From assembly GCA_963849325.1 (NCBI GenBank), contig CAWKHF010000001.1, positions 352,001 to 416,000 on the forward strand: a stretch of DNA of 64,000 bases, given 5' to 3'. Below the pieces are notes generated by a model. That model did not search any database. It had not been told where the DNA came from and was given only the letters and a program-made list of their open reading frames with translations. Numbering within the stretch: position 1 is the first letter of the stretch; each line of letters begins with the position of its first letter. A program made the position numbers and the translations under genes. Positions 9,880-19,738 of this stretch are shown here, one piece after another. Origin of the DNA: an uncultured Planctomycetota bacterium (GTDB taxonomy: Bacteria; Planctomycetota; Planctomycetia; Gemmatales; Gemmataceae).

Positions 9880-10464
9880 ATGAACACGACCTCGCTCAGC
9901 TTGCTCGATCGCCTCAAGCGTGCCCGGCCGGATTCCACGGAATGGCACAAGCTCCAGGACATCTATCTGCCGTTGATCCGCCACTGGTTGTCACGCCTAC
10001 CCGGATTGCACGATGAGATGGAGGATCTGACTCAGGAGGTGCTCGTCGTCCTCTTCCGCGAACTGCCGTCGTTCGAGCATCGTTTCCACGGTGCGTTCCG
10101 CGCCTGGCTGCGCCAGATCGCGGTCAACCGGACGAGAGCCTTTCTCAAGGCCAGGGGAAGGCGTCCCACGGCGGGCGCCGGCGCGGAGACCGACCGGCTC
10201 CTCGCCCAGCTGGAAGATGCCAACAGCGAGTTGGCCCGGCAGTGGGACCGCGACCACGACAAGCACGTCATCGACAAACTGCTCGCCGTCGTCCAGGTGG
10301 ACTTCGAGGCCAATACCTGGCAGGCGTTCACGCGCTTCGCCCTGGACGGCCAGCCGGCCGCGCGCGTGGCCGAGGAATTGGGCATGACGGAAAGCGCCGT
10401 CATCAAGGCCAAGTCCCGAATCCTCAAACGCTTGCGCGAAGAGGCCGGAGCATTGTTGGACTGA
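9880..10464 (+). CDS. ECF RNA polymerase sigma factor
   Basis: TTSLSLLDRLK, EDLTQEV, FRAWLRQIAVN, VAEELGMTESAVIKAKSRILKRLR. Confidence 0.92.
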   Translation: MNTTSLSLLDRLKRARPDSTEWHKLQDIYLPLIRHWLSRLPGLHDEMEDLTQEVLVVLFRELPSFEHRFHGAFRAWLRQIAVNRTRAFLKARGRRPTAGAGAETDRLLAQLEDANSELARQWDRDHDKHVIDKLLAVVQVDFEANTWQAFTRFALDGQPAARVAEELGMTESAVIKAKSRILKRLREEAGALLD

Positions 10465-10570
10465 GCGCACCTTTTCGCGTCCGGTCGGCTCGACATGCGG
10501 ACTTTCTCTTGGGAGGGCCGCGCGGACAACGCGCCGGCCGCGTCGATTGGTTGCCACGAAGGAGCCTGCG

Positions 10571-13395
10571 ATGGAAGCACGTCCCGTCACGCACCCGTCC
10601 GCCGACGCCCTGCAGGCGTTCGGCCTGGGCCAAATGGACGATGCCGCCGCCTCGGGGATCATGAGCCATCTGGACAGCTGCCCCCAATGCCGCCAGGCGG
10701 TGGCGTCCTTGTCCGGCGACGACTTTCTCCATCGGCTCCGTCAGGCGCGCACTCCGAGCGCCACGCCGGCGCCCGCCAAAGCCCTGTCCCCCTCGGTCGC
10801 CCCCGGCGCCAAGCCGCCCGGCCGGCCGACCACTCTGCACAACTTGCCGCCCGAATTGGCCGAGCATCCGCAGTATGACGTCCTCCGCGAACTGGGACGC
10901 GGCGGCATGGGCGTCGTCTACCTGGCCAAGAACAAGATGATGGACCGCCTGGAAGTACTCAAGGTGGTCAACAAGACGTTGATCGATCGACCCGGCGCCG
11001 TCGAGCGCTTCCTGCGCGAAATCCGCTCGGCGGCCAAGATCAATCACGTCAACGTCGTCACCGCCTACAGCGTCTTGCAACAGGGCGAAGTGCTGGCCTT
11101 CGCCATGGAGTACGTGGAGGGCGAGGATCTCGCCGCGCTGGTGAAATCGCGCGGCCCGCTGCCGATGCCGTACGCTTGCTACTACATCCAGCAAGCGGCC
11201 TTCGGCTTGCAGCACGCTTTCGAGAAGGGCATGGTCCACCGCGACATCAAGCCGCAAAACCTGATCCTGGCCCGCGAGGGCAACAAACACGTCGTCAAGA
11301 TACTCGACTTCGGCCTGGCCAAGGCCACGCGCGAGAAGGCCGACGACACCGGACTGACCGGCGAGGGTCAGATGCTGGGCACGCCCGATTACATCGCTCC
11401 GGAGCAGATGCTGGACGCGGCCAAGGCCGACATCCGCGCCGACATCTACAGCCTGGGCTGTACGTTGTACTATCTGCTGGCCGGTCGTCCGCCCTTCCGC
11501 GGATCGAGTTTGGGGGCGGTGTTGATGGCTCATCAGACGCAGGAGGCCAAGCCGCTGAATTCGCTTCGTGCCGAGGTGCCGGAAGAGTTGACGGCGGTGG
11601 TGCGCAAGATGATGGCCAAGACGCTGGCCCAGCGCTATCAGACGCCGATGGAGGTGGTGCAGGCGCTCCGTCCGTTCGTCAAGCAAGGGCCGCCCGCGGC
11701 GAAGTCGAAGTCGTCGCCGGAGGAGGCGGCCGGGGTGCCGGCCGCGAAGCCGGCGATCCGGAAAGTCGCGCGCGGCGAGCGCTCGATTGCGCCAACAAGG
11801 GCGGATGGACCGGAAGCGCAGCCGGCCGAGGCCTCCTGGGAAGCGCTGACGGAGGGCGGCATCATCTCCGGCGCATCGCGGCGAAGTGCGGCGGCACGCG
11901 GACGCCGGCCGCCGGCGTCGTGGAAGAAATGGTCGATCGGCGGCGGCATCGGCGTCTTTCTTCTCGTGCTGTTGGGCATGTGGGCCAGCGGCGTGTTCCG
12001 AGTGAAGACGGCGAACGGCACGATTGTGCTGGAGAACGTGCCGGCCGACGCTGAGGTGCTGGTGGACGGCGCGACGGTGACGCTCCAGGCCGGCGATGGC
12101 AAGACCGTCACGGTCGCCGTCGCGCGGGGAAAAAGCACCAATTGCAGGTGAAAAAGGAGGGGTTCAAGGTCTTCGGCCAGGAAGTGCAAATCGACGCCGG
12201 CAGCCGTGTACCTATCCGCGTGACTTTGCAGCCGGCGTCCCCGCCGCCCGGAAAGCCGCAGCCTCCGGCCCCCCAGCGCGCGACGGAAGACAAGGGCTTC
12301 GTGTCGCTGTTCAACGGCAAGGACCTGACGGGGTGGAAAGCCCATCCGGAGGCGGCGGGTGACTGGAAGGTGGAGAACGGTATTCTCATTGGCCGCGGCC
12401 CGAAAGTGAGCCACCTCTACAGCCAGCGGGACGACTATGCGGATTTCCATCTTCTGGTGGAGGCGAAGATCAATCAGGGGGGAAACAGCGGCGTCCTTTT
12501 CCACAAGGCATTTACTCCGGACTGGACGCGCGGCTACGAGGCCCAGATTGATAGCAGCAGCCACAAGTTCAAGACCGGCACCCTCTACGTCAAGGCAGCG
12601 CCCGGTGTCGGGATTGAGAAAGTGCTGGTCCCGGTCGATACCTGGTTCACCCAGGAAGTGATCGTCCAGGGGAACCACATTCTCCTCAAGATTGACGGGG
12701 TGACGACGGTGGATTTCGTTGACGCGGACAATACCTGGCCCAGCGGCCACATCGCCCTGCAAGTGTTTGACAAACCGACCGTTGTCCAATTCCGTCGCGT
12801 TGAGATCAAGGAACTGTCGCCTTCCGCTCCGAGCGCGACGGGCTTCGTCCCCTTGTTCAACGGCAAGGATCTGACCGGCTGGAAGACGCATCTCACGCAG
12901 CCGGGCAACTGGCGCGTCGAGAAGGGCGTTCTCCTCGGTTCCGGTCCCGCCGACAGTTATCTCTACACGGATCGCGGTGATTACAAGGACTTTCACTTGC
13001 GCGTCGAAACGCGGATCAACGACGGCGGCAACAGCGGCGTATGCTTCCGTACTCTGTTCGGCCCTTGGTTCCCCGCGGACAATCCGCGGTTTCTTCTCGG
13101 TTACGAGGCCCAGATCAACAGCACGCACACAGACCACTTTAAGACCGGAAGCTTGTATGCGTTACCAGGTGGCGTCCTGGTCAGCAACCGCGAAGCGCCG
13201 ACTCGGCCCGGCGAGTGGTTCACGTTGGAGGTGATCGCGGAGGGAAACCACATCGTCCTCAAGGTGGATGGCAAGACGACGGTGGACTACACGGACGAGA
13301 AGCGGTTGTACAGCAGCGGCCACATCGCCTTGCAGCAGTTTGAACCGCAGACGGTGGCGGAGTTCCGCAAGATCGAGATCGAGGAACGGAAGTAG
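10571..13395 (+). CDS. Ser/Thr protein kinase with N-terminal zinc-finger anti-sigma-like motif, TM helix and two DUF1080 domains (frameshift near 12130)
   Basis: HLDSCPQC; LGRGGMGVVY, HRDIKPQN, DFGLAK, GTPDYIAPEQ; TM IGGGIGVFLLVLL; two LFNGKDLTGWK...GNSGV...GHIALQ repeats in ORF 12142..13395. Confidence 0.88.
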
Positions 13396-13514
13396 GCGAC
13401 GCCTTGGCGGTACGAACGGACACAGACCCGAGGAGTCTTCGGTGTCCACCGACTACGACAGCTCGTGGGCGGCGGTTATGGGCGACGGGAGCCTCGTGAA
13501 TCCGTTCGGCGCGC

Positions 13515-13551
13515 AAAAATATATCCGGCGCTCCCTTGCGGGAGCGCCGGA
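13515..13551 (-). terminator. Intrinsic terminator downstream of c-di-GMP riboswitch 1
   Basis: Minus strand TCCGGCGCTCCC-GCAA-GGGAGCGCCGGA then TATATTTTT; 12-bp perfect stem. Confidence 0.75.
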
Positions 13552-13576
13552 CGACCAGACATACTTACGGGTCCCG

Positions 13577-13685
13577 TCCATCCCTTCGGTAGCCTGGCAG
13601 CCTTAAACCGTCCCCCCTCGGACGGTGTAAGAGCCCATAGCTTTGCGTCCCCGCCTCACGACGGGTTTGCCTTTATCGAGGACGG
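13577..13685 (-). ncRNA. Cyclic di-GMP-I (GEMM) riboswitch aptamer
   Basis: Minus strand CCGTCCTCGATAAAGGCAAACCCGTC-GTGA-GGCGGGGACGCAAAGCTATGGG...GCCAGGCTACCGAAGGGATGG; GGCAAA and GGACGCAAAGC cores, GNRA loop, P1 closes. Confidence 0.9.
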
Positions 13686-13752
13686 CCTAGGTGTCGCCGC
13701 CACTCTTTTCCTTGCGGCCGGTCGATTCGTTACATCAACCGGCCACACCCCA

Positions 13753-13781
13753 ACTGTAGAACGCTTTTTCCGATTGTGCAA
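13753..13781 (-). promoter_or_regulatory. Sigma70-type promoter feeding riboswitch 1
   Basis: Minus strand TTGCAC (13781-13776), 17 nt, TACAGT (13758-13753). Confidence 0.55.
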
Positions 13782-13989
13782 GCGAGGATGGATTTTTTTT
13801 GCCCACCGAGTTTGTCGATCACAATACGGATCCTGTAGGAGGAACGCCTCGGCCGGCTCCGGCACGAGGGCCGAAGCCGATTTCGATGCGGATCGGGAAA
13901 TCCTCTCGCTTTCGCCGTTGCGTTCCGTCTTGTGTCTGGGCGTTTGCCGGGCTAAGGTGGCCATTGGCCCGTTTGCCTGGAGAAGTACC

Positions 13990-14298
13990 ATGACGGCGTC
14001 TGCCTCCTACAAATACCTCGAGCCGAAAAAGAACTCCAACTATCGTCAGTTGTTTGTCTTGGGCCGTATTCGCGCCGAGGTGCTTTACCGCGAAACCATC
14101 GGCCGAGAGCCGCTCACCCCCGAGGAAGTCGCCCGCGAATACGGCCTGCCGGTCGAGGCCGTTCAGGAGGCGATTGACTACGGCACTCGGCACGCCAACC
14201 TCCTGGATGAAGAACGCGCCCGCGAAGAAGCGTGGATTCGAGCCAGCGGACACGACCGCTGGCCTTACGCCCCGCGCAACCATCCGCCGCAACCATGA
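13990..14298 (+). CDS. DUF433-like antitoxin
   Basis: GRIRAEVLYRE...TPEEVAREYGLPVEAVQEAIDY; ATGA overlap with PIN gene. Confidence 0.75.
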   Translation: MTASASYKYLEPKKNSNYRQLFVLGRIRAEVLYRETIGREPLTPEEVAREYGLPVEAVQEAIDYGTRHANLLDEERAREEAWIRASGHDRWPYAPRNHPPQP

Positions 14299-14657
14299 AG
14301 CTCTATCTCGATGACGATGCGGCCAAGAAATCTCTGGCCGCTCGGCTCGGCAAGGCAGGGCATACGGTGGTTCAACCGGCGGACGCGGCCCTCTCGGGAG
14401 CATGGGATCCACGCCATCTGCTTCACGCGGTCCAACACGATTTGCTTCTGCTGACAAAGAACCACGATGATTTCCGCGATCTGCATTTGCTTGTCCAGGC
14501 CGTCGGAGGCCGGCATGCGGGTATCCTGGTTGTCCGCTCCGATAACGATCCGGTTCGGGATATGAAAGATGGCGATATCGTGCGGGCACTCCAGAACCTG
14601 GAACAGTCCCATGTCCCCCTGACCAACGAATTTCACATCCTGAACCATTGGCGTTAG
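14295..14657 (+). CDS. DUF5615-family PIN-like toxin
   Basis: MKLYLDDD...GHTV...D..HL...LLTKNHDDF...HAGILVV. Confidence 0.85.
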   Translation: MKLYLDDDAAKKSLAARLGKAGHTVVQPADAALSGAWDPRHLLHAVQHDLLLLTKNHDDFRDLHLLVQAVGGRHAGILVVRSDNDPVRDMKDGDIVRALQNLEQSHVPLTNEFHILNHWR

Positions 14658-14688
14658 CCGGATTGGCTCATCGCCAAGAACACGCTTA

Positions 14689-14787
14689 GAAGCGGTAACT
14701 TTTTGGCGAGCGGGGGGCGTAAGCCCCCTGTTTTTCGCCGTCAACAGGGGGCTTACGCCCCCCGCTCGCCTATTTGGGTAGTGCCTC
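14689..14787. mobile_element. 99-bp MITE-like element carrying palindrome family B, flanked by TTA on both sides
   Basis: TTA|GAAGC...GGCGAGCGGGGGGCGTAAGCCCCCTG...CAGGGGGCTTACGCCCCCCGCTCGCC...TAGTGCCTC|TTA; same length and right end as 32660..32758. Confidence 0.6.
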
Positions 14788-14861
14788 TTACGGAAAAGCC
14801 CCGAGGGCGTGACATCCGGCGGATGCCACGCCCTCGATTGTCCCGATGCCGCCCAACGCGC

Positions 14862-16209
14862 CTACACGACCTCGCGCAGCACCGGGCTGTCGATGACGTG
14901 CTGCGGCCGGCCGGTCGGATCGAGGATGGTCGTCGTCTCGGGATTGAGGCCGAGATTGCGATAAAGGGTGGCGAAAATCTCGCCGAAGGTGACCGGCCGA
15001 TTGCTGGCGTACTCGCCGAGGCGATTGGTGGCGCCGATGACCTGGCCTGTGCGCATGCCGCCGCCGGCCATCAAGGCGCAGCTGACCTGCGGCCAATGAT
15101 CGCGGCCGGCCCCCTTGTTGATGCGCGGCGTGCGGCCAAACTCGCCCCAGGCGATGACCGTCACGTCGTCGAGCAGGCCGCGCGCCTCCAGGTCGTCGAT
15201 CAGGGCGGTGAAACCCTGGTCGAGCTTGCCGCCGTGATCGCGCACCAGGTCGAAGTTCTTGCCGTGGCTGTCCCAGCGGCCATACGACAGCGACACGACG
15301 CGGACGCCGGCCTCGACCAGCCGGCGGGCCAGCAAGAGCTGGTCGTTGACGGTCGGGGCGCCGTCGTACTGGTACTGATACGGCTTCCCGTCGCCGTAGC
15401 GCTCGCGCACCTTGGCGCTCTCCTTGGACAGATCCAGCGCCTCGACGAGCTTGCTGGAGGTCAGCACGCCGAGGGCGCGCTGCGGTCAGCGCGTCCACGG
15501 TCTGATAGGTGCCGCTGCGGTCGAGGTCGCCGCGAAGGCTGTCGAAGCTGGACAGCAGACGGCGGCGGTCGCTCAGCGCCTCGACGGAGGCGCCGCGCAG
15601 GGTCAGGTCGGCCATGCCGGGACCGTCCGGCTTGAAGGCGGCGTAGGAAGCGCCGAGGAAGCCGGGACCGCCGGCATCGGACCAGGGCACGTGTTGCGTC
15701 CGCGCCGCCAGGCCGACGAAGGGCGGAACGGAGGGATCGACCGGACCCTGCACCTTGGCGGCGACGGCGCCGAGGCTCGGCCGGCCGCCCATCGCTCGCA
15801 GACTCGACGGCGCCCAGCCGGACATGCACTGGAAGGCGTCGTGACCGCCGCTGGCGCCGACCACGGAGCGAATGGCGACACACTTATCCATGCGGGCGGC
15901 GATGCGCGGAAATACCTCGCCGATCTGGATGCCGGGCACGTTGGTGGCGATCGGCTTGAACTCGCCGCGGATCTCGGCGGGCGCCTCAGTCTTGATGTCC
16001 CACATGTCCTGATGCGGAGGACCACCGCCGAGGAAGATGTTGATGACGGACTTGTGCCGGTTGCCGGTCGAGCCGGCGCGGGCCTCGGCCCGGAAGATGT
16101 CCGCCAACGTGAGGGAGGCGGCCCCGAAGGTGAAGGCGCCGATGCGGAGGAAACCGCGGCGGGAGACGCCGTCGCAGAACCGCTGCTTTTGGCCGAAGAT
16201 CGTCAGCAT
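14862..16209 (-). CDS. DUF1501 domain-containing protein (frameshift near 15480)
   Basis: SRRGFLRIG leader, IFLGGGPPHQDMWDIK, ARRLVEAGVRVV, WDSH, WGEFGRTPRIN, GRDHWP. Confidence 0.92.
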
Positions 16210-16410
16210 GGCCGGTCCTTTCGAGCAAGGCGGGAGGCGAGCGATGCGGGATCGCTCGCGTGGGTCGGCGAGCAATGGCGGGCGGAGGAAGGCACTCTCC
16301 GGACGGCCCGGAGAACGGCACCTCATCCGTTGGCTTCAACCTAAACGGCTGAGGTAGGTATGTCAAGCAGGAAGAGCTTGTGCTTCGTGCCCGAACCAGC
16401 GCACTTCTAT

Positions 16411-16483
16411 CCGAGCCTGAAGCGTAAGCGAAGAAACGGCAACCAAAGGTTGCCGTTTCTCTTCGCTTACGCTTCAGGCTCGG
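16411..16483. repeat. Palindromic repeat family A
   Basis: CCGAGCCTGAAGCGTAAGCGAAG...CTTCGCTTACGCTTCAGGCTCGG. Confidence 0.9.
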
Positions 16484-16579
16484 GCAGAAAAATGTCCGCG
16501 CCGGCTTGAGCGCGACGCTCGCTCTGGTATGCTGTCGGTTCGCTGGCTACCCCGTTACCTCAGGAGGTGCTCTGCCGCC

Positions 16580-17633
16580 ATGAAACGCTTCATCCTTCTG
16601 TCCGCGTTCGCCCTGCTCGGCCTCGCGCTCGCCGGCCCCACGGCGATGCGCGGCGACGACAAGAAAGCCACCAAAACGCTCGGCACCATCGAGCGCCTCG
16701 ACCCGGCTTTCGATAACCTCATCGGCCGCGACGCCAAACTCGAAGTCCTCGTCACCGGCCACGTCTGGGCCGAGGGGCCGGTCTGGGTGCCGCGCGACGG
16801 CGGCTTCGTGCTCTTCTCCGACATCCCTCGGAACAGCATTTACAAGTGGCAAGAGGGCAAGGGCGAGAGCTTGTTTCTGAAGCCGTCGGGCGGCACCGGC
16901 AAGGACGCACCCACCTTGAAGGAACCCGGCTCCAACGGCCTGCTGCTCGACGCCGAGGGCCGGCTCGTCCTCATGGAACACGGCGACCGCCGCGTCAGCC
17001 GACTGGACCGCTGGGACGGCAAGGCCAAAACCACGCTGGCCCACCTCTACAGGGGCAAGCGCCTCAACAGCCCCAACAACGGCGTCTTCAAATCCAACGG
17101 CGATCTCTATTTCACCGACCCGCCCTACGGGCGGTCGCTCAAGGATGCCAAGCCCAACGAGTTTCCCGACCGCGACCTCGATTTCTGCGGCGTCTATCGG
17201 CTGGCGAAGGACGGCAAGCTGACGCTGCTGACCCGCGAGATGAGCCGGCCCAACGGCATCGCCTTCTCTCCCGACGAGAAAACGCTGTATGTCGCCAATT
17301 CGGACCCCGAAAAGGCGATTTGGATGGCCTATCCGGTCAAGGACGATGGCACGCTGGGCGTCGGCCGCGTCTTCCAGGACGTGACGAAGTATGTCGGCAA
17401 GGACAGGCCGGGGTTGCCCGACGGCATGAAAGTCGATGCGAAAGGCAATCTATTCGCCACGGGTCCGGGCGGCGTGCTGGTGTTCGCGCCGGATGGCAAG
17501 CACCTGGGCACCCTCGCCACCGGCGTGCCGACGGCCAACTGCAACTGGGGCGCCGGACGGCACCGTTCTGTACGTCACCGCCAACGATGCGTTGACGCGC
17601 ATCAAGACCAAGACGAAGGGTAAGGGCTTCTGA
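16580..17633 (+). CDS. SMP-30/gluconolactonase/LRE family protein, secreted (frameshift near 17555)
   Basis: Signal peptide; WAEGPVW, FSDIP, SNGL, LNSPN, FTDPPYG, PNGIAFSPD, PDGMKVD. Confidence 0.92.
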
Positions 17634-17657
17634 TACTCGTTGCCGGTAATGGTATCT

Positions 17658-17724
17658 CGTTTAGCCGCGACGCGCAGCGGAGCGCGGGAGATTCCCGCGC
17701 TCCGCTGCGCGTCGCGGCTAAACG
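17658..17724. repeat. Palindromic repeat family C (GTTTAGCCGCGACGCGCAGCGGAGCG arm)
   Basis: Perfect inverted arms between convergent genes; copies at 8623, 31177, 34416, 60121. Confidence 0.9.
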
Positions 17725-17730
17725 CCTGTA

Positions 17731-19032
17731 TCAGTCGGTCAGCTCAAAGACGAAGTCATTTCGGCCGCCGGACTCCACAGTCGCCGTCAGTTTGGAGGTT
17801 TCCGGCCGAGCGTAACGCTCCGGCAGTCGATTGGCGCCCCGCGAACCGCCGAGGACCGGCGTCGGCGGATACCAGGTCATGCTGATCTGGTATTCGCCGG
17901 CGGCCGCGCCGTCAAAGGCGCGATAGGTGGTCAAGCGGAAGGAACCGTCTGCCTCGACGCGGCCGCGCGCCGTCTCCGCCGGCTTCCGCGCCGCGGCCCG
18001 AGCCGGACGAAAAACAATCTCCGCTCCCACGGCCGGGCTGCCTCGATAGAACACCTTGCCACGGACCGGCGTAACGGACTTGCCGTAGCCGGGAATGTTG
18101 CCGCCCTCCTCGGTGATCGGCTTCTTCATGTCTTCGGGATAAATACCGTCCAGCAGCACATGGGCCAGGACGGGGCCGTCCGCCTTCATCGTCACCCAGG
18201 TGATGTGATCGAACTCGCCGTAATCGATGCCGCGCAGCGTACTGCCGCCGCCGGTCGTCGCCAACTGATAGTAGTTCATGCCCTGGCGCACGAACTTGCG
18301 AAAGTGATGGATGTGGCCGCAGAACACCGTGTAATTGCGGCCGGCCAACAGCTTCTCCACCTCCGGCCAGCCGGTCTCGGCGCCGTTGGGCCGCGTCCAG
18401 ATGGGCGGATGCAGGGCCACCACCGTCCAGCGCACGGTGGGGTTGTCCGCCAGGGCTTGCTTGACGTAGTCGAGCTGTTCCTTGCCAATCTGCTCCTGGA
18501 AATGCTTTCCTCCCTTGGCTTCCACCTCCGGGCCATCGTAGGCATTGAGGACGAGGAACAGTACGTTCTTGTAGACGAAGTGATAGTAACGGCGGCCAAA
18601 CTTTTCCTGCCAGACCTTGGCCATGTCGGACGTCAGCACGTCGTGGTTGCCGGGAGCGTAGAAAAAGGGCATTTGCAGCTTGCCAACGTAGCCCTGGAAC
18701 TCGCCCCATTGACTCCGCGCCTGCTCGGGCGTGGTGTAGCCCTCCACAAGATCGCCGACGGACAGGACGAACTCCGGCTGCATGAGATTGAGCAGTTCCA
18801 CGGCGCGCGAGAAGATGCCGGCCCGATGACCGCCGGTGCGGTCGGAGACGATGGCGAACTGGAATTGTTCGGCGGAGCGATTGAGGCGCAGGTGCGTCCA
18901 GGGATTGCGCGACTCGACGGTCACTTGCAAGGGCGCCTCGGCGGTAACGCCCGGCTGCGGCGTGCTGCGCGACAGTCCGACGGCCGCCAGCAGCAGACCG
19001 AAGACGAACAGGACCAGAAGCAGGCGTTTCAT
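17731..19032 (-). CDS. Secreted calcineurin-like metallophosphoesterase with C-terminal carboxypeptidase-regulatory-like domain
   Basis: AIVSDRTG, VGDLVEG, PGNHD, VALHPP, CGHIH; C-terminal PVRGKVFYRG...DGSFRLTTY..DGA..GEY...LPERY...NDFVFEL. Confidence 0.85.
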   Translation of the reverse strand: MKRLLLVLFVFGLLLAAVGLSRSTPQPGVTAEAPLQVTVESRNPWTHLRLNRSAEQFQFAIVSDRTGGHRAGIFSRAVELLNLMQPEFVLSVGDLVEGYTTPEQARSQWGEFQGYVGKLQMPFFYAPGNHDVLTSDMAKVWQEKFGRRYYHFVYKNVLFLVLNAYDGPEVEAKGGKHFQEQIGKEQLDYVKQALADNPTVRWTVVALHPPIWTRPNGAETGWPEVEKLLAGRNYTVFCGHIHHFRKFVRQGMNYYQLATTGGGSTLRGIDYGEFDHITWVTMKADGPVLAHVLLDGIYPEDMKKPITEEGGNIPGYGKSVTPVRGKVFYRGSPAVGAEIVFRPARAAARKPAETARGRVEADGSFRLTTYRAFDGAAAGEYQISMTWYPPTPVLGGSRGANRLPERYARPETSKLTATVESGGRNDFVFELTD

Positions 19033-19209
19033 CGTAGCCGTCCTTTCCCGACAGGCGGACCTGGAGAACATCAGAGACACGGGAGAGCCAGAGGCAACTA
19101 CAGAAATATCATAGGGCGCACTGTGCCTCCGCGCTTTGCCATTGCCAGGGGCACGTTGGCGTTTTAGCCTGACAAGAGTGTGTCCGTGGCCGCAACGGAG
19201 GATCGGACC

Positions 19210-19715
19210 ATGCCGCAACTCACGCCGTTGAACCTGCATGCCTGGATCGACGAGCATCGCCATTTGCTGAAACCCCCCGTCGGCAACGCCTGCATCTGGA
19301 ACAGTAACTTCCTGGTCATGATCGTCGGCGGTCCCAACCAGCGCAGCGACTACCACGTCAATCCCGGCGAGGAACTGTTCTACCAGATCGAGGGCGACAT
19401 CGTCCTCAAGATCATCGAGGAGGCCGGCCGCGCGACGTTCCCATCCGGCAGGGCGAAATCTTCCTGCTGCCGGCCGGCGTGCCGCACTCGCCACAGCGTC
19501 CGGCCCATACCGTCGGACTCGTCGTCGAGCAGCCCAAGGCATCGCGGGAGCCGCAGCACCTGCGCTGGTACTGCCGGCGCTGCTACGCCCTGCTCTACGA
19601 CGCCGCCTTTCAGCCGGTCGATCTCGGCGCGCAAATCAAGGAGATCATCGAGCGCTTCCGGGCCGACGAGGAACTGCGAACGTGCAAGGCATGCGGTGAA
19701 GTCTTCGTCCTGTGA
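19210..19715 (+). CDS. nbaC: 3-hydroxyanthranilate 3,4-dioxygenase (frameshift near 19425)
   Basis: LLKPPVGN, VGGPNQRSDYH, EELFYQIEGD, PHSPQR, rubredoxin-like WYCRRC...RTCKAC. Confidence 0.93.
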
Positions 19716-19738
19716 GGCATCGCCCGAGCGCCGCGTCC

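Noticed and set aside
13453-13581. Small minus-strand ORFs (42 and 28 codons) as targets of the orphan riboswitch
   Set aside because: They run through the terminator hairpin, one starts inside the aptamer P1, and neither looks protein-like. They are not excluded without Ribo-seq.
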